Of a stretch of DNA of 64,000 nucleotides, positions 53,422 to 64,000 are shown piece by piece. The notes under the pieces were generated by a model. That model saw only the letters and a program-made list of their open reading frames with translations, was not told the origin of the DNA and ran no database searches. A program made the position numbers and the translations under genes. Origin of the DNA: Escherichia phage vB_EcoM_LNA2; the sequence record MZ311865.1; one strand, written 5' to 3'. Numbering within the stretch: position 1 is the stretch's first letter; the number at the start of each line of letters is the position of its first letter.

Positions 53422-53702
53422 TTTTCCTCTTTTAAACCACTACGATAATAACATATCATAGTCTTCTGGTCATGTACATATCTTTTTACATCGTTTAACC
53501 AGATACGAAATTCTTGAGAGTCTTCAAACGGCATTCCAACCCACGGATTACCATCAATAACCTTTACTTGCCATTTCTGGTTATATTCAACAATAGATTC
53601 AGGCCATGGCGGATGTAAAGTTTCTTTAGGGCTTAAGGGCACATCCTGGGCACATCCAGCCAAAATGCCAATAGATAATACAACTGCGGTTAATTTAATC
53701 AT
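53412..53702 (-). CDS. Outer-membrane spanin (o-spanin) lipoprotein
   Basis: 96 aa; signal peptide with lipobox ILAGC; C-terminal cysteines; start overlaps the i-spanin stop. Confidence 0.8.
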   Translation of the reverse strand: MIKLTAVVLSIGILAGCAQDVPLSPKETLHPPWPESIVEYNQKWQVKVIDGNPWVGMPFEDSQEFRIWLNDVKRYVHDQKTMICYYRSGLKEEKCQ

Positions 53703-54055
53703 TCTGAGAGCTTCCTGAGGTCTTCTGCAAAGGAATCGAAGGACTTGTTGATTTGTTTTTCGACCAATCCTGGTTTACTTGCCACCACGTTCTTCTTCTT
53801 CGAATCCTTACGGAGCTTTTCATTTTCGGCCTTAAGTTGGTCAACTAAAACACGGTTCTTATAAGTCATTTCTTCGATTGACTGATATTGAACCTTGAAG
53901 TCGTCTAATACTTTAGCATTGTTTTTAGCAGTCTCTTTAACAGAAGCTAATTCAGTATTCAACGAATCAACTTTGTTGTTTAAGACAACTATTGTTACCG
54001 TAGAAACTAGAGCAAAAGCTGCTACTATAGCATAAATCGGGTTTACTTTAAGCAT
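53699..54055 (-). CDS. Inner-membrane spanin (i-spanin)
   Basis: 118 aa; N-terminal transmembrane helix then charged coiled-coil; immediately upstream of the lipoprotein. Confidence 0.8.
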   Translation of the reverse strand: MLKVNPIYAIVAAFALVSTVTIVVLNNKVDSLNTELASVKETAKNNAKVLDDFKVQYQSIEEMTYKNRVLVDQLKAENEKLRKDSKKKNVVASKPGLVEKQINKSFDSFAEDLRKLSE

Positions 54056-54543
54056 GTTTTAATAATCTCAATGATTTCATCTCGGGATAATCCATTGATA
54101 AGAACGGTTTTCGGACCATCACACTGGATTTTGTACGATTCAAACAATACACACAACTCTTCTGCTGTATGATATGGACTTGAAATTCCGAGGCGGTTGA
54201 ATTTGTCTGTAAGAGGGTCGCAAATAATGTAGAATTTTATACCTGCGATATGTACGTTTGGTTGACTAATATTAATGAAAACATTGGCGTCATATTTAGT
54301 CAAATTGTTTTGAAGAAATTCTACCATAGCATTAACTGCTTCTGGCATCGCTTCACGTTTCTCTTCGGTGTAACGTGTTGAATATTCCTTTTGCTTTAAC
54401 TTCTTTTTAGCATTTTTGGCCAGTGTAACACGTAGGTCAGTAAGATAACCAACTGGACGTCCTTTCTTAAAGACCCTGATTCCATCTGAAGAATCACCAA
54501 ATGCTGCCACAACCATATCGTTAGTAATCAATTGCATATTCAT
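54043..54543 (-). CDS. alc: Alc, inhibitor of host transcription
   Basis: 166 aa from the internal ATG with RBS GAGGA; the ORF-track 187-aa start lies inside the promoter; T4 position before rnlA. Confidence 0.85.
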   Translation of the reverse strand: MNMQLITNDMVVAAFGDSSDGIRVFKKGRPVGYLTDLRVTLAKNAKKKLKQKEYSTRYTEEKREAMPEAVNAMVEFLQNNLTKYDANVFINISQPNVHIAGIKFYIICDPLTDKFNRLGISSPYHTAEELCVLFESYKIQCDGPKTVLINGLSRDEIIEIIKTCLK

Positions 54544-54573
54544 AATTTTCTCCTCGTGATGTTGATAAAAGCC

Positions 54574-54603
54574 ATAGTAACACCATCCTTGGTGTTTGTA
54601 AAC
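54574..54603 (-). promoter_or_regulatory. Early-type promoter for alc
   Basis: Minus strand GTTTAC, 18 bp, TACTAT, about 30 bp before the alc ATG. Confidence 0.55.
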
Positions 54604-54605
54604 CA

Positions 54606-55739
<1,134 letters not shown>

Positions 55740-55757
55740 TCAGTTAGTTTTTTTTAA

Positions 55758-55787
55758 ATTGTACCACAATCCTTGTGGTGTGTAAAC
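55758..55787 (-). promoter_or_regulatory. Early-type promoter for rnlA
   Basis: Minus strand GTTTAC, 18 bp, TACAAT. Confidence 0.55.
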
Positions 55788-56197
55788 TACTTTTTCTTAT
55801 GTTGGATATTCCAAGGCGGGTTGAACTTTTTGATAAAAAGTGGTTCTTCAAGGTCCATTGTTGCGATGGTCATTGAACCAAGTTCGTTGGTGACTGAAAG
55901 ATCAAAACATTGGCGGGCCCAGAATTCAACCTTTTTGCCTTGCATTAAGGCATCCAAAATCATAAGTGATTTTCTTGAATCTGAAGTCTGGTCTTTTCGA
56001 TTTATGGCTGTTCGATAATAGTTAATGCGTTTCTTTAAATTCTTGGTTTTACCAATATACACAAGTTCGTCATCTATAGCAATAGCGTATATGACATTTT
56101 TCTTATTAGGGACATCAACTGTTTTAATTGTTGCATCTTCTAATAGCTCCAATTCTGTATATTTAATAAAGGAATATTCGGCGGCAATATCTTTCAT
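55787..56197 (-). CDS. denA: Endonuclease II (GIY-YIG family)
   Basis: 136 aa as in T4 DenA; GIY-YIG-like VIYAIAI...LVYIGKT; T4 position between rnlA and nrdB. Confidence 0.88.
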   Translation of the reverse strand: MKDIAAEYSFIKYTELELLEDATIKTVDVPNKKNVIYAIAIDDELVYIGKTKNLKKRINYYRTAINRKDQTSDSRKSLMILDALMQGKKVEFWARQCFDLSVTNELGSMTIATMDLEEPLFIKKFNPPWNIQHKKK

Positions 56198-56219
56198 AAT
56201 AAAGTGGGACCGAAGTCCC
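56198..56219 (-). other. UUCG hairpin between nrdB and denA (weak terminator or mRNA-stabilising structure)
   Basis: GGGAC-UUCG-GUCCC on the minus-strand transcript; short U-rich tail. Confidence 0.5.
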
Positions 56220-56223
56220 GTCC

Positions 56224-57402
56224 TTAGAAATATTTTTTGTATGAATTGATTACATTTTGGTCTACATCATTATCAATTTGTGCGACAAGATAAGAACTGA
56301 TTTCAACTTCCTGAGGAGCTGCTTGAACTAAATCGGAGTTCAGATATTCACGAATCCAAGGATATGGATGCTTGGTCGGAGCATCAGTGATTGGGCATGG
56401 CAAACCACACTGTTTCATACGAGACACAGTCAAGTAATCGACAAAAGCACACATACTCTGCGTATTGATACCTGGACATGTACCGTCTTTAAAGAGGTGT
56501 GCAGCCCATTCCTTCTCTTGTCTATTTACTTCCATAAAAATATCAACTGCTTCTTGTTCACATTCTTTAGCAATTTGAACCCACTCATCACCATCAGTAC
56601 CAGATTGAAGTTGACGGATAATGTACTGAGTACCCTTGAGGTGGAGTTGTTCGTCACGAGCAATGAACTTCATAATCTTTGCATTGCCTTCCATAATTTC
56701 CATATTTTTATGGAAGTTAAAGGTACATGCAAATGATACGTAAAAACGAATAGCTTCTAAGGCGTTGATAACATGCAAACAGAGATAAAGAGACTTCATT
56801 AAATCACGCTTAGCAGCGGCTTCTTGCTTAATAGCACGTTCTAATTGAAGGTCTGCACCAATTGACGCTTTGGCTAGTTCCGTGAATTCTTTCTGGTTTT
56901 CCCAATGGCGGGTCTTGACTAGAACATCATCGTAATATTTACCTATTGATTCAGCTCGTTTCATGATTGCTTCGTCTAATACAATCTCATCAAATACCTT
57001 AGATGGGTCTGTATAAAGATTTCGCATGATATGAGTATATGAACGAGAGTGAATAGTTTCACTGAATGTCCATGTTGCAACCCATGTATCTAATGAAGGG
57101 TCAGAAATCAGTGCCATAAGTACCGCAGATGGGGCTCTGCCTTGGATAGAATCTAATAATGATTGATACTTAAGGTTGTTTGTAAAGATGTCCTGTTGGA
57201 ACTGAGGAAGCTTATTGAACTGCGCAGAGTCCAACATCAAGTTTACCTCTTCGGGGCGCCAGAAAAATGACAATTGCTTTTCGGTCAAATCTTCAAAAAC
57301 TTTATGGCGTTGAATATCATAACGCGCAATACCAAGACCCGAACCGAAGAACATAGGTTCGTTCAAAACATCGACTTGTTGTGTGTTAAAAACTGTACTC
57401 AT
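56224..57402 (-). CDS. nrdB: Ribonucleotide reductase small subunit, uninterrupted
   Basis: 392 aa from ATG 57402 (MSTVFNTQQ...); ORF-track start is 4 codons upstream; no intron. Confidence 0.94.
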   Translation of the reverse strand: MSTVFNTQQVDVLNEPMFFGSGLGIARYDIQRHKVFEDLTEKQLSFFWRPEEVNLMLDSAQFNKLPQFQQDIFTNNLKYQSLLDSIQGRAPSAVLMALISDPSLDTWVATWTFSETIHSRSYTHIMRNLYTDPSKVFDEIVLDEAIMKRAESIGKYYDDVLVKTRHWENQKEFTELAKASIGADLQLERAIKQEAAAKRDLMKSLYLCLHVINALEAIRFYVSFACTFNFHKNMEIMEGNAKIMKFIARDEQLHLKGTQYIIRQLQSGTDGDEWVQIAKECEQEAVDIFMEVNRQEKEWAAHLFKDGTCPGINTQSMCAFVDYLTVSRMKQCGLPCPITDAPTKHPYPWIREYLNSDLVQAAPQEVEISSYLVAQIDNDVDQNVINSYKKYF

Positions 57403-57455
57403 TATATTTCTCACTTAGTTTTAACTCATCCATGAGTAAATTATAATCAAAAGAC

Positions 57456-59711
57456 TTAAAGCTTACAAGCAGAACAATCTTCAGCTTTAGGTGTTTCTAA
57501 TTCATAGTCATCTGTACCCGACCCATCACGAGTGTTATGATAGTAGAGGTTTTTTCCGCCAAAGTACCAGAAGTAAAGCAAATCGTCAAGCATTACTGAC
57601 ATTGGCACTTTACCTTTCTCAAATACTGCAGGGTCATAGTAAGTATTAGCAGAAGCAGATTGGCACACCCATTTCAACATGATAACAACTTGGGTCAAAT
57701 AAGGTTTATTACCTTTCTTAGCAAGTTTCCACGCATAGTCGTAAAGACTCATGTTATGTTCGATATTAGGAACAACCTGTCGGAAGTTGCCTTCTTTAGA
57801 TTCTTTAATACTTACTGGGCCGCGTGGGGGCTCAATCCCATTTGTAGAGTTCGATACTTGACTGCTTGACTCACAAGGCATGAGTGCAGACAACGTTGAG
57901 TTACGAATTCCATGTTCTTTGAGTTCAGCTCGAAGTTCTTCCCAGTCACAGACGTAGTTCGGGGCTGCGATTTGGTCAATCTTTTTATTGTACCAGTCGA
58001 TAGGTAATTCGCCTCTAGACCATTTAGTGTCTGAATAATACTCGCAACATCCTTTTTCTTTGGCGAGTTTGATTGATGCTTTGATAAGGCCATATTGCAA
58101 TCTCTCAAACAATTCATGAGTCAAATCGTTAGCGTCTTCATATGAAGCAAAGTTAGAAGCTAACCATGCGGCATAGTTCGTCACACCAACACCGAGGTTT
58201 CGACGCTTTTTAGCTTTTAAAGCTTCCGGAACCGGATAATCTTGATAGTCTAGCAGGTTATCAAGTGCACGTACTTGTACTTCGGCAAGTTCATTAATTT
58301 TATCTTGGTCTTGCCAATCAAATTTATCTAATACAAAAGCAGATAATGTGCATAAACCAATTTCAGCATCAGGACCATTCACATCATTAGTTGGAATAGC
58401 GATTTCACAACATAAGTTACTCTGACGAATTGGAGCTTTTTCACGAATAAATGGAGTGTAGTTGTTCGTGTTATCAACGAATTGCGGATAAATTCGAGCG
58501 GTGCCAGAACGTTCAGTCATGAACAATTCAAAGAGTTCTAGTGCTTTGATTCTTTTCTTTCTGATTGTTGGGTCTTTTTCAGCTTTCTCATAAAGCTCAC
58601 GGAATTTATCTTGATCTTCAAAGAACGAGTAGTATAGTTCGCCTGACATTTCGTGAGGGCTAAATAAAGTAATATAATCATTTTTACCAAGGCGTTCCAT
58701 CATAAGGTCATTAATCTGAATTCCGTAGTCCATATGTCGAATACGGTTTTCATCCACGCCTTTGTTATTTTTCAGAACTAATAGGTTCTCTACTTCCAAG
58801 TGCCACATCGGATAATACGCTGTAGCAGCACCACCACGAATACCACCTTGAGAACAAGATTTTACTGCAGTTTGGAAATGTTTCCAGAATGGAATAACAC
58901 CCGTATGTCGAACTTCACCCATACCGATCTTAGAACCTTCTGCACGAAGCATACCAACGTTGATACCAATACCAGCTCGTTTAGAAATATATTCAATAAT
59001 TGATGCTGAAGTTTTGTTAATAGATTTTAACGAATCACCGGCTTCAATAACTACACAACTAGAGAACTGGCGAGTTGGAGTACGAGCACCTGCCATAATT
59101 GGGGTTGGCAATGAAACTTGATGAGTAGAAACGGCATCATAAAAACGAATAATATGTTTCAAACGGTCATGAGTTTCGTCTTGGTGTAAGGCCATGCCAA
59201 TAGCCATGATAGCAAACTGGGGAGTTTCATAAATCTTCCCAGTTGTTTTATCTTTAACTAGATATTTTTCTTTAAGCTGCATAGCACCAGCATAAGTCAG
59301 GTCAAAGTCTCGTTCATGTTTAATCTGTGAATCGAGATAAATGATTTCTTCTGCTGAATATTGAGACAACAGCTCAGGGTCATATTTGCCTTCATTAACA
59401 CAATAAGAAATATGGTCGATAAAAGCAGGCGGTTCAAACTGCCCATATACATCTTTACGAAGTGCAAACATTAGCCCTTTGGCGGCGACATATTGATAAT
59501 CAGGTTCTTCGACAGAAATCGAGTTAGCTGCAACTTTAATACAAATCTTCTGGATATCTTTGGTGCTCATCCCGTCGACAAGATGGGTCTTAATTTCTTC
59601 GTACAATTCATATGGGTCAATTTGTGTTCCTTCACATTGCCAAGTTAAGACTTGAATAATTTTCTGTGCATCAAAATTTTGGGATACACCACTGCTCTTA
59701 GTTACTTGCAT
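57456..59711 (-). CDS. nrdA: Ribonucleotide reductase large subunit
   Basis: 751 aa; class Ia RNR active-site region; T4 synteny; middle promoter upstream. Confidence 0.95.
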   Translation of the reverse strand: MQVTKSSGVSQNFDAQKIIQVLTWQCEGTQIDPYELYEEIKTHLVDGMSTKDIQKICIKVAANSISVEEPDYQYVAAKGLMFALRKDVYGQFEPPAFIDHISYCVNEGKYDPELLSQYSAEEIIYLDSQIKHERDFDLTYAGAMQLKEKYLVKDKTTGKIYETPQFAIMAIGMALHQDETHDRLKHIIRFYDAVSTHQVSLPTPIMAGARTPTRQFSSCVVIEAGDSLKSINKTSASIIEYISKRAGIGINVGMLRAEGSKIGMGEVRHTGVIPFWKHFQTAVKSCSQGGIRGGAATAYYPMWHLEVENLLVLKNNKGVDENRIRHMDYGIQINDLMMERLGKNDYITLFSPHEMSGELYYSFFEDQDKFRELYEKAEKDPTIRKKRIKALELFELFMTERSGTARIYPQFVDNTNNYTPFIREKAPIRQSNLCCEIAIPTNDVNGPDAEIGLCTLSAFVLDKFDWQDQDKINELAEVQVRALDNLLDYQDYPVPEALKAKKRRNLGVGVTNYAAWLASNFASYEDANDLTHELFERLQYGLIKASIKLAKEKGCCEYYSDTKWSRGELPIDWYNKKIDQIAAPNYVCDWEELRAELKEHGIRNSTLSALMPCESSSQVSNSTNGIEPPRGPVSIKESKEGNFRQVVPNIEHNMSLYDYAWKLAKKGNKPYLTQVVIMLKWVCQSASANTYYDPAVFEKGKVPMSVMLDDLLYFWYFGGKNLYYHNTRDGSGTDDYELETPKAEDCSACKL

Positions 59712-59774
59712 ATATTCCTCAGTATAGGTTGATAGACATTACTCCAAACGGGATAGTATTTATCCCGTTAATTT

Positions 59775-59798
59775 ATTATACACTTTTAAACTGAAGCA
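59775..59798 (-). promoter_or_regulatory. Candidate middle promoter for nrdA
   Basis: Minus strand reads TGCTTCA, 11 bp, TATAAT; 5'UTR hairpin 59749..59767 follows. Confidence 0.5.
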
Positions 59799-60053
59799 TT
59801 AATTATCCTCAGCAATAATTTCTTCATATTCTTTAGGTGTCAAGACTGTGATATTGAAATAAACCAACGGTTCTTTTTCTATACCGAATCCACCACAAAA
59901 TTCACGATATTCATAAATTCGTTCATGTGAATAACAAATGAATCGTTCACCTTTAACTGTGATTTCACTATTCGGTGAAGGGATATCTAGTTCGGTAGGA
60001 TTTTTCATTTCAAAAATTGTGGTGCCATATGAATTAATAAAACGTAAAATCAT
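59799..60053 (-). CDS. Hypothetical protein (nrdA.1-like position)
   Basis: 84 aa ORF with ATG, between td and nrdA. Confidence 0.65.
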   Translation of the reverse strand: MILRFINSYGTTIFEMKNPTELDIPSPNSEITVKGERFICYSHERIYEYREFCGGFGIEKEPLVYFNITVLTPKEYEEIIAEDN

Positions 60054-60054
60054 T

Positions 60055-61740
<1,686 letters not shown>

Positions 61741-61742
61741 AA

Positions 61743-61991
61743 TTATTTCCTCAGATTTTTCTTAACAACTTTCCAATCGGCTTTGAACATTTCAACATCA
61801 GAGTGGCAAATCCAGAATCCTGCACTTTCACCATCTTCGTAGAGTGGACATCCATCACATTCTTCGTTCCAACCCATTTCGCGTAAAGCTTCTTCAGCTT
61901 GTTCAAGGAGTTCAGCATCTTTACCAACGATGTTGAAGTACCATTTACCTCTAACTTCAGAATCTTTGATGCTCTGACGTTGCAATCTCAT
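61743..61991 (-). CDS. Hypothetical protein (frd.2-like)
   Basis: Internal ATG with RBS AAGGAG gives 82 aa; the ORF-track 103-aa GTG start overlaps the promoter. Confidence 0.65.
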   Translation of the reverse strand: MRLQRQSIKDSEVRGKWYFNIVGKDAELLEQAEEALREMGWNEECDGCPLYEDGESAGFWICHSDVEMFKADWKVVKKNLRK

Positions 61992-62024
61992 TTTATTCTC
62001 CTTCACTTTTGATTTGATAGGGCT

Positions 62025-62054
62025 ACTATAACATAACCCTATCTGATTGTACAC
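62025..62054 (-). promoter_or_regulatory. Early-type promoter for the frd.2-like ORF
   Basis: Minus strand GTGTAC, 18 bp, TATAGT. Confidence 0.45.
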
Positions 62055-62446
62055 TACTTTTTAAAAGTTTTTTGCAAAAGTTCGATGATTTCGTCGACGT
62101 TGGTTTCATCTACGATACAATGGATTTTTGTTACACCTAAAGCTATACCTTCGTTAGTAGGTTGAGGCTTTACTATATCTACCTCAGTAAAGTATTTGAA
62201 CTCGTCAGGATAAATCTCAAAATAAGTTTCAATTTCACCACCGGCAGAACATACAGTACCATCTTCCATAGTTACACTTACTACGTTTGACGTATCGCTA
62301 TCATAATCAGGTTCCATTCCGTTTACAACAAAACTAGGCCCGTGGAGTTCAATCAATTTTAACATCTTAGCGTTATTGTGTGGTGCTTCTTGAACAAAGT
62401 CGTCTTTAAATAAAGGGTTAATGATATAAGATTTTCCGATTTCCAT
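62054..62446 (-). CDS. Hypothetical protein (frd.3-like)
   Basis: 130 aa ORF; RBS GAGGAAA; early-type promoter upstream. Confidence 0.7.
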   Translation of the reverse strand: MEIGKSYIINPLFKDDFVQEAPHNNAKMLKLIELHGPSFVVNGMEPDYDSDTSNVVSVTMEDGTVCSAGGEIETYFEIYPDEFKYFTEVDIVKPQPTNEGIALGVTKIHCIVDETNVDEIIELLQKTFKK

Positions 62447-62475
62447 TTTGATTTCCTCATGTTGTTGATAGGTCT

Positions 62476-62504
62476 ATACTAACACATCCAGGGAAGAAGT
62501 AAAC
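62476..62504 (-). promoter_or_regulatory. Early-type promoter for the frd.3-like ORF
   Basis: Minus strand GTTTAC, 17 bp, TAGTAT. Confidence 0.5.
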
Positions 62505-62525
62505 AACTTTTTCAGCAATTTACAG

Positions 62526-62553
62526 ATACTCAAAAGGGAGACCGAAGTCTCCC
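62526..62553 (-). terminator. Terminator downstream of gene 32
   Basis: Exact copy of the GGGAGAC-UUCG-GUCUCCC hairpin followed by UUUUGAG. Confidence 0.75.
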
Positions 62554-62559
62554 AATTTA

Positions 62560-63462
62560 TTATAGACCAGCTAACAGGTCATCGAGGTCGCCATCATCAG
62601 AGGATGAGGTAGAGCTCATGAAGTCATCTTCAGTTTTTGCAGAACTAAAGGCTTCCATGTCTTTATCAAAATCGTCAAGGTCAGAAGCAACTTTATCTGC
62701 AACAGAAGCTGCTGCGGCTGCTGCACCACCAAGAGCGGCAGTACCAAGAACCTTAGCGAAAGATTCATTTAATTTTTCAAAGGATTTGAACTGGTCTTTA
62801 GCCGTCAAAGTAGTAAGGTCTACCATCTGGTCATATAGTTCTTTCTGGAATGCTTCGTCATTAATACGAGGAATTTCAGATTGACCCAAGAATTTAGATT
62901 CGTCATAGTTGCTAAAACCAGAAACCTGCTTAGCTTTAAGAACGAAGTTAGCACCTTCAAACGGGCAAGTAACATCAACTGGAGTTTCACCCATTTCAGT
63001 ATCAACTGCAATCATTGCATTAATTTTGTCCCAAATCTTTTTACCGAAACGATATTTAAATACTTTACCTTCGTTATCTGGAGCTTGAGGGTCTTTAACA
63101 ACCAGAATATTAGCCCAATAAGAAGTTTTACGTTTCAGTTGAGAATATTCATTTTTGTTGGTATTGTACAGGTCATTTTTACTAATGTACTGACATACAG
63201 GACAAGAGTCATAATCACCATGTGTAGAAGAGCAATTTTCAATATACCATTTACCATTTTTCTTGAAACCGTGGTTAACAAGAATTGCAAATGGTAGTGC
63301 ATCATCAGTTTTTGCTGGCAAGAAACGAATTACCGCTTGACCATTACCGGATGCATCTAGCTTCAGCTTCCATTCGCCTTTATCTTCTGAAGAGAAACCT
63401 TTGTTACCATTCAGTTTAGCCATTTGAGCAGCGAGGTCAGCAGTAGATTTACGTTTAAACAT
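62560..63462 (-). CDS. 32: Single-stranded DNA-binding protein gp32
   Basis: 300 aa; zinc-binding region and acidic C-terminus; T4 synteny; operator-like leader upstream. Confidence 0.96.
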   Translation of the reverse strand: MFKRKSTADLAAQMAKLNGNKGFSSEDKGEWKLKLDASGNGQAVIRFLPAKTDDALPFAILVNHGFKKNGKWYIENCSSTHGDYDSCPVCQYISKNDLYNTNKNEYSQLKRKTSYWANILVVKDPQAPDNEGKVFKYRFGKKIWDKINAMIAVDTEMGETPVDVTCPFEGANFVLKAKQVSGFSNYDESKFLGQSEIPRINDEAFQKELYDQMVDLTTLTAKDQFKSFEKLNESFAKVLGTAALGGAAAAAASVADKVASDLDDFDKDMEAFSSAKTEDDFMSSTSSSDDGDLDDLLAGL

Positions 63463-63541
63463 GGATTATTACCTTTATTTAGATTATTTAGATTATTTAA
63501 TTTATTTACAGTTGGTTGCTACGACACTTATACCTCGTAGC
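63463..63541 (-). promoter_or_regulatory. Gene 32 leader: candidate autoregulatory translational operator (hairpin/pseudoknot plus A/U-rich repeats)
   Basis: mRNA leader has GCUACG...CGUAGC stem then an unstructured A/U-rich tract with tandem AAAUAAUCU repeats before the start. Confidence 0.55.
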
Positions 63542-63551
63542 TGGTATGATT

Positions 63552-63559
63552 TATTTATA
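63552..63559 (-). promoter_or_regulatory. Candidate late promoter for gene 32
   Basis: Minus-strand TATAAATA about 90 bp upstream of the gene 32 ATG. Confidence 0.5.
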
Positions 63560-63564
63560 AAGTA

Positions 63565-63589
63565 ATTTTAACACACAAGAAATAAAGCT
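63565..63589 (-). promoter_or_regulatory. Candidate middle promoter for gene 32
   Basis: Minus strand reads AGCTTTA (MotA-box-like), 12 bp, TAAAAT. Confidence 0.4.
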
Positions 63590-64000
63590 TAATACCTACA
63601 TGATTTGATTGTTTCTATGAACAATTTCTTAGCAGCATTTCCATCGATTTGAAGTATTTTTCGATATGCCTTTAATTTGGTAGAATAATTTTGCCAGACT
63701 AAGTTATCAGTGAGTTCGTCATGCTTATCTATAATATTCAAAAATGAGTCCAACAATAAGAAAGTCTCAAATGAAATTATATTGCTTTGTAGCAATTTGA
63801 ATATGTAGCTCGACTGAACGTTGTTATTATAATCAAATATCTCTTGAAGCGCGCTAACTTCAACTTTCTTACTGAAATAGTAGATGTTACGTACGTCTTC
63901 AGCAAACGTCTCCTTGGCTTGTTTGAGACGTCCAATATATTCCCTATAGAAAACTAATGCATCAGCGTCTGATATCTCACCAATCCATGCGTCTTGGTTA
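63589..64000 (-). CDS. 59: Helicase loader gp59, C-terminal part (5' end lies beyond the window)
   Basis: Frame open to the window end; translation ...NQDAWIGEISDADALVFYREYIGRLKQ...KLLQSNIISFETFLLLDSFLNIIDKHDE... aligns with T4 gp59. Confidence 0.9.
   Translation of the reverse strand, partial: NQDAWIGEISDADALVFYREYIGRLKQAKETFAEDVRNIYYFSKKVEVSALQEIFDYNNNVQSSYIFKLLQSNIISFETFLLLDSFLNIIDKHDELTDNLVWQNYSTKLKAYRKILQIDGNAAKKLFIETIKSCRY

Noticed and set aside
61743-62054. 103-aa GTG-initiated version of the frd.2-like ORF
   Set aside because: The start is a GTG inside the promoter; the internal ATG with AAGGAG is far more plausible.

Overview
This window reads as a contiguous segment of a T4-like myovirus genome (Tevenvirinae-type), collinear with phage T4 from the 3' end of gene 6 to the 3' part of gene 59. 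All homology calls rest on my recall of T4 protein sequences, lengths and gene order, not on a database search. Plus-strand late module: baseplate wedge 6-7-8-9-10-11, short tail fibre 12, fibritin wac, neck 13-14, 15, terminase 16-17, sheath 18, tube 19, portal 20, core 67-68, protease 21, scaffold 22, major capsid 23, vertex 24. Then rnlB, hoc, inh, uvsW/uvsW.1, uvsY, baseplate hub 25-26-51-27-28-29-48-54. The rest is a long minus-strand early/middle region: alt, DNA ligase 30 and the 30.x plastic region, rIII, 31, cd, pseT, a spanin pair, alc, rnlA, denA, nrdB, nrdA, td, frd, 32, 59. Regulatory architecture is typical of T4: TATAAATA late promoters, MotA-box middle promoters, GTTTAC-type early promoters and many UUCG-tetraloop hairpins. 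No tRNA, rRNA, CRISPR array, intron or mobile element was recognised. The most notable accessory content is a full-length AroG-type DAHP synthase (first enzyme of the shikimate pathway) inserted immediately upstream of, and translationally coupled to, dCMP deaminase. Other points worth a second look are a NADAR-like/HAD-like gene pair next to alt, a small early gene embedded between capsid genes 23 and 24 where T4 carries segD, a Hoc with an extra Ig-like repeat, and a 268-bp non-coding gap upstream of rIII. The ORF track uses TTG/GTG as alternative starts, so several listed starts were corrected to downstream ATGs.
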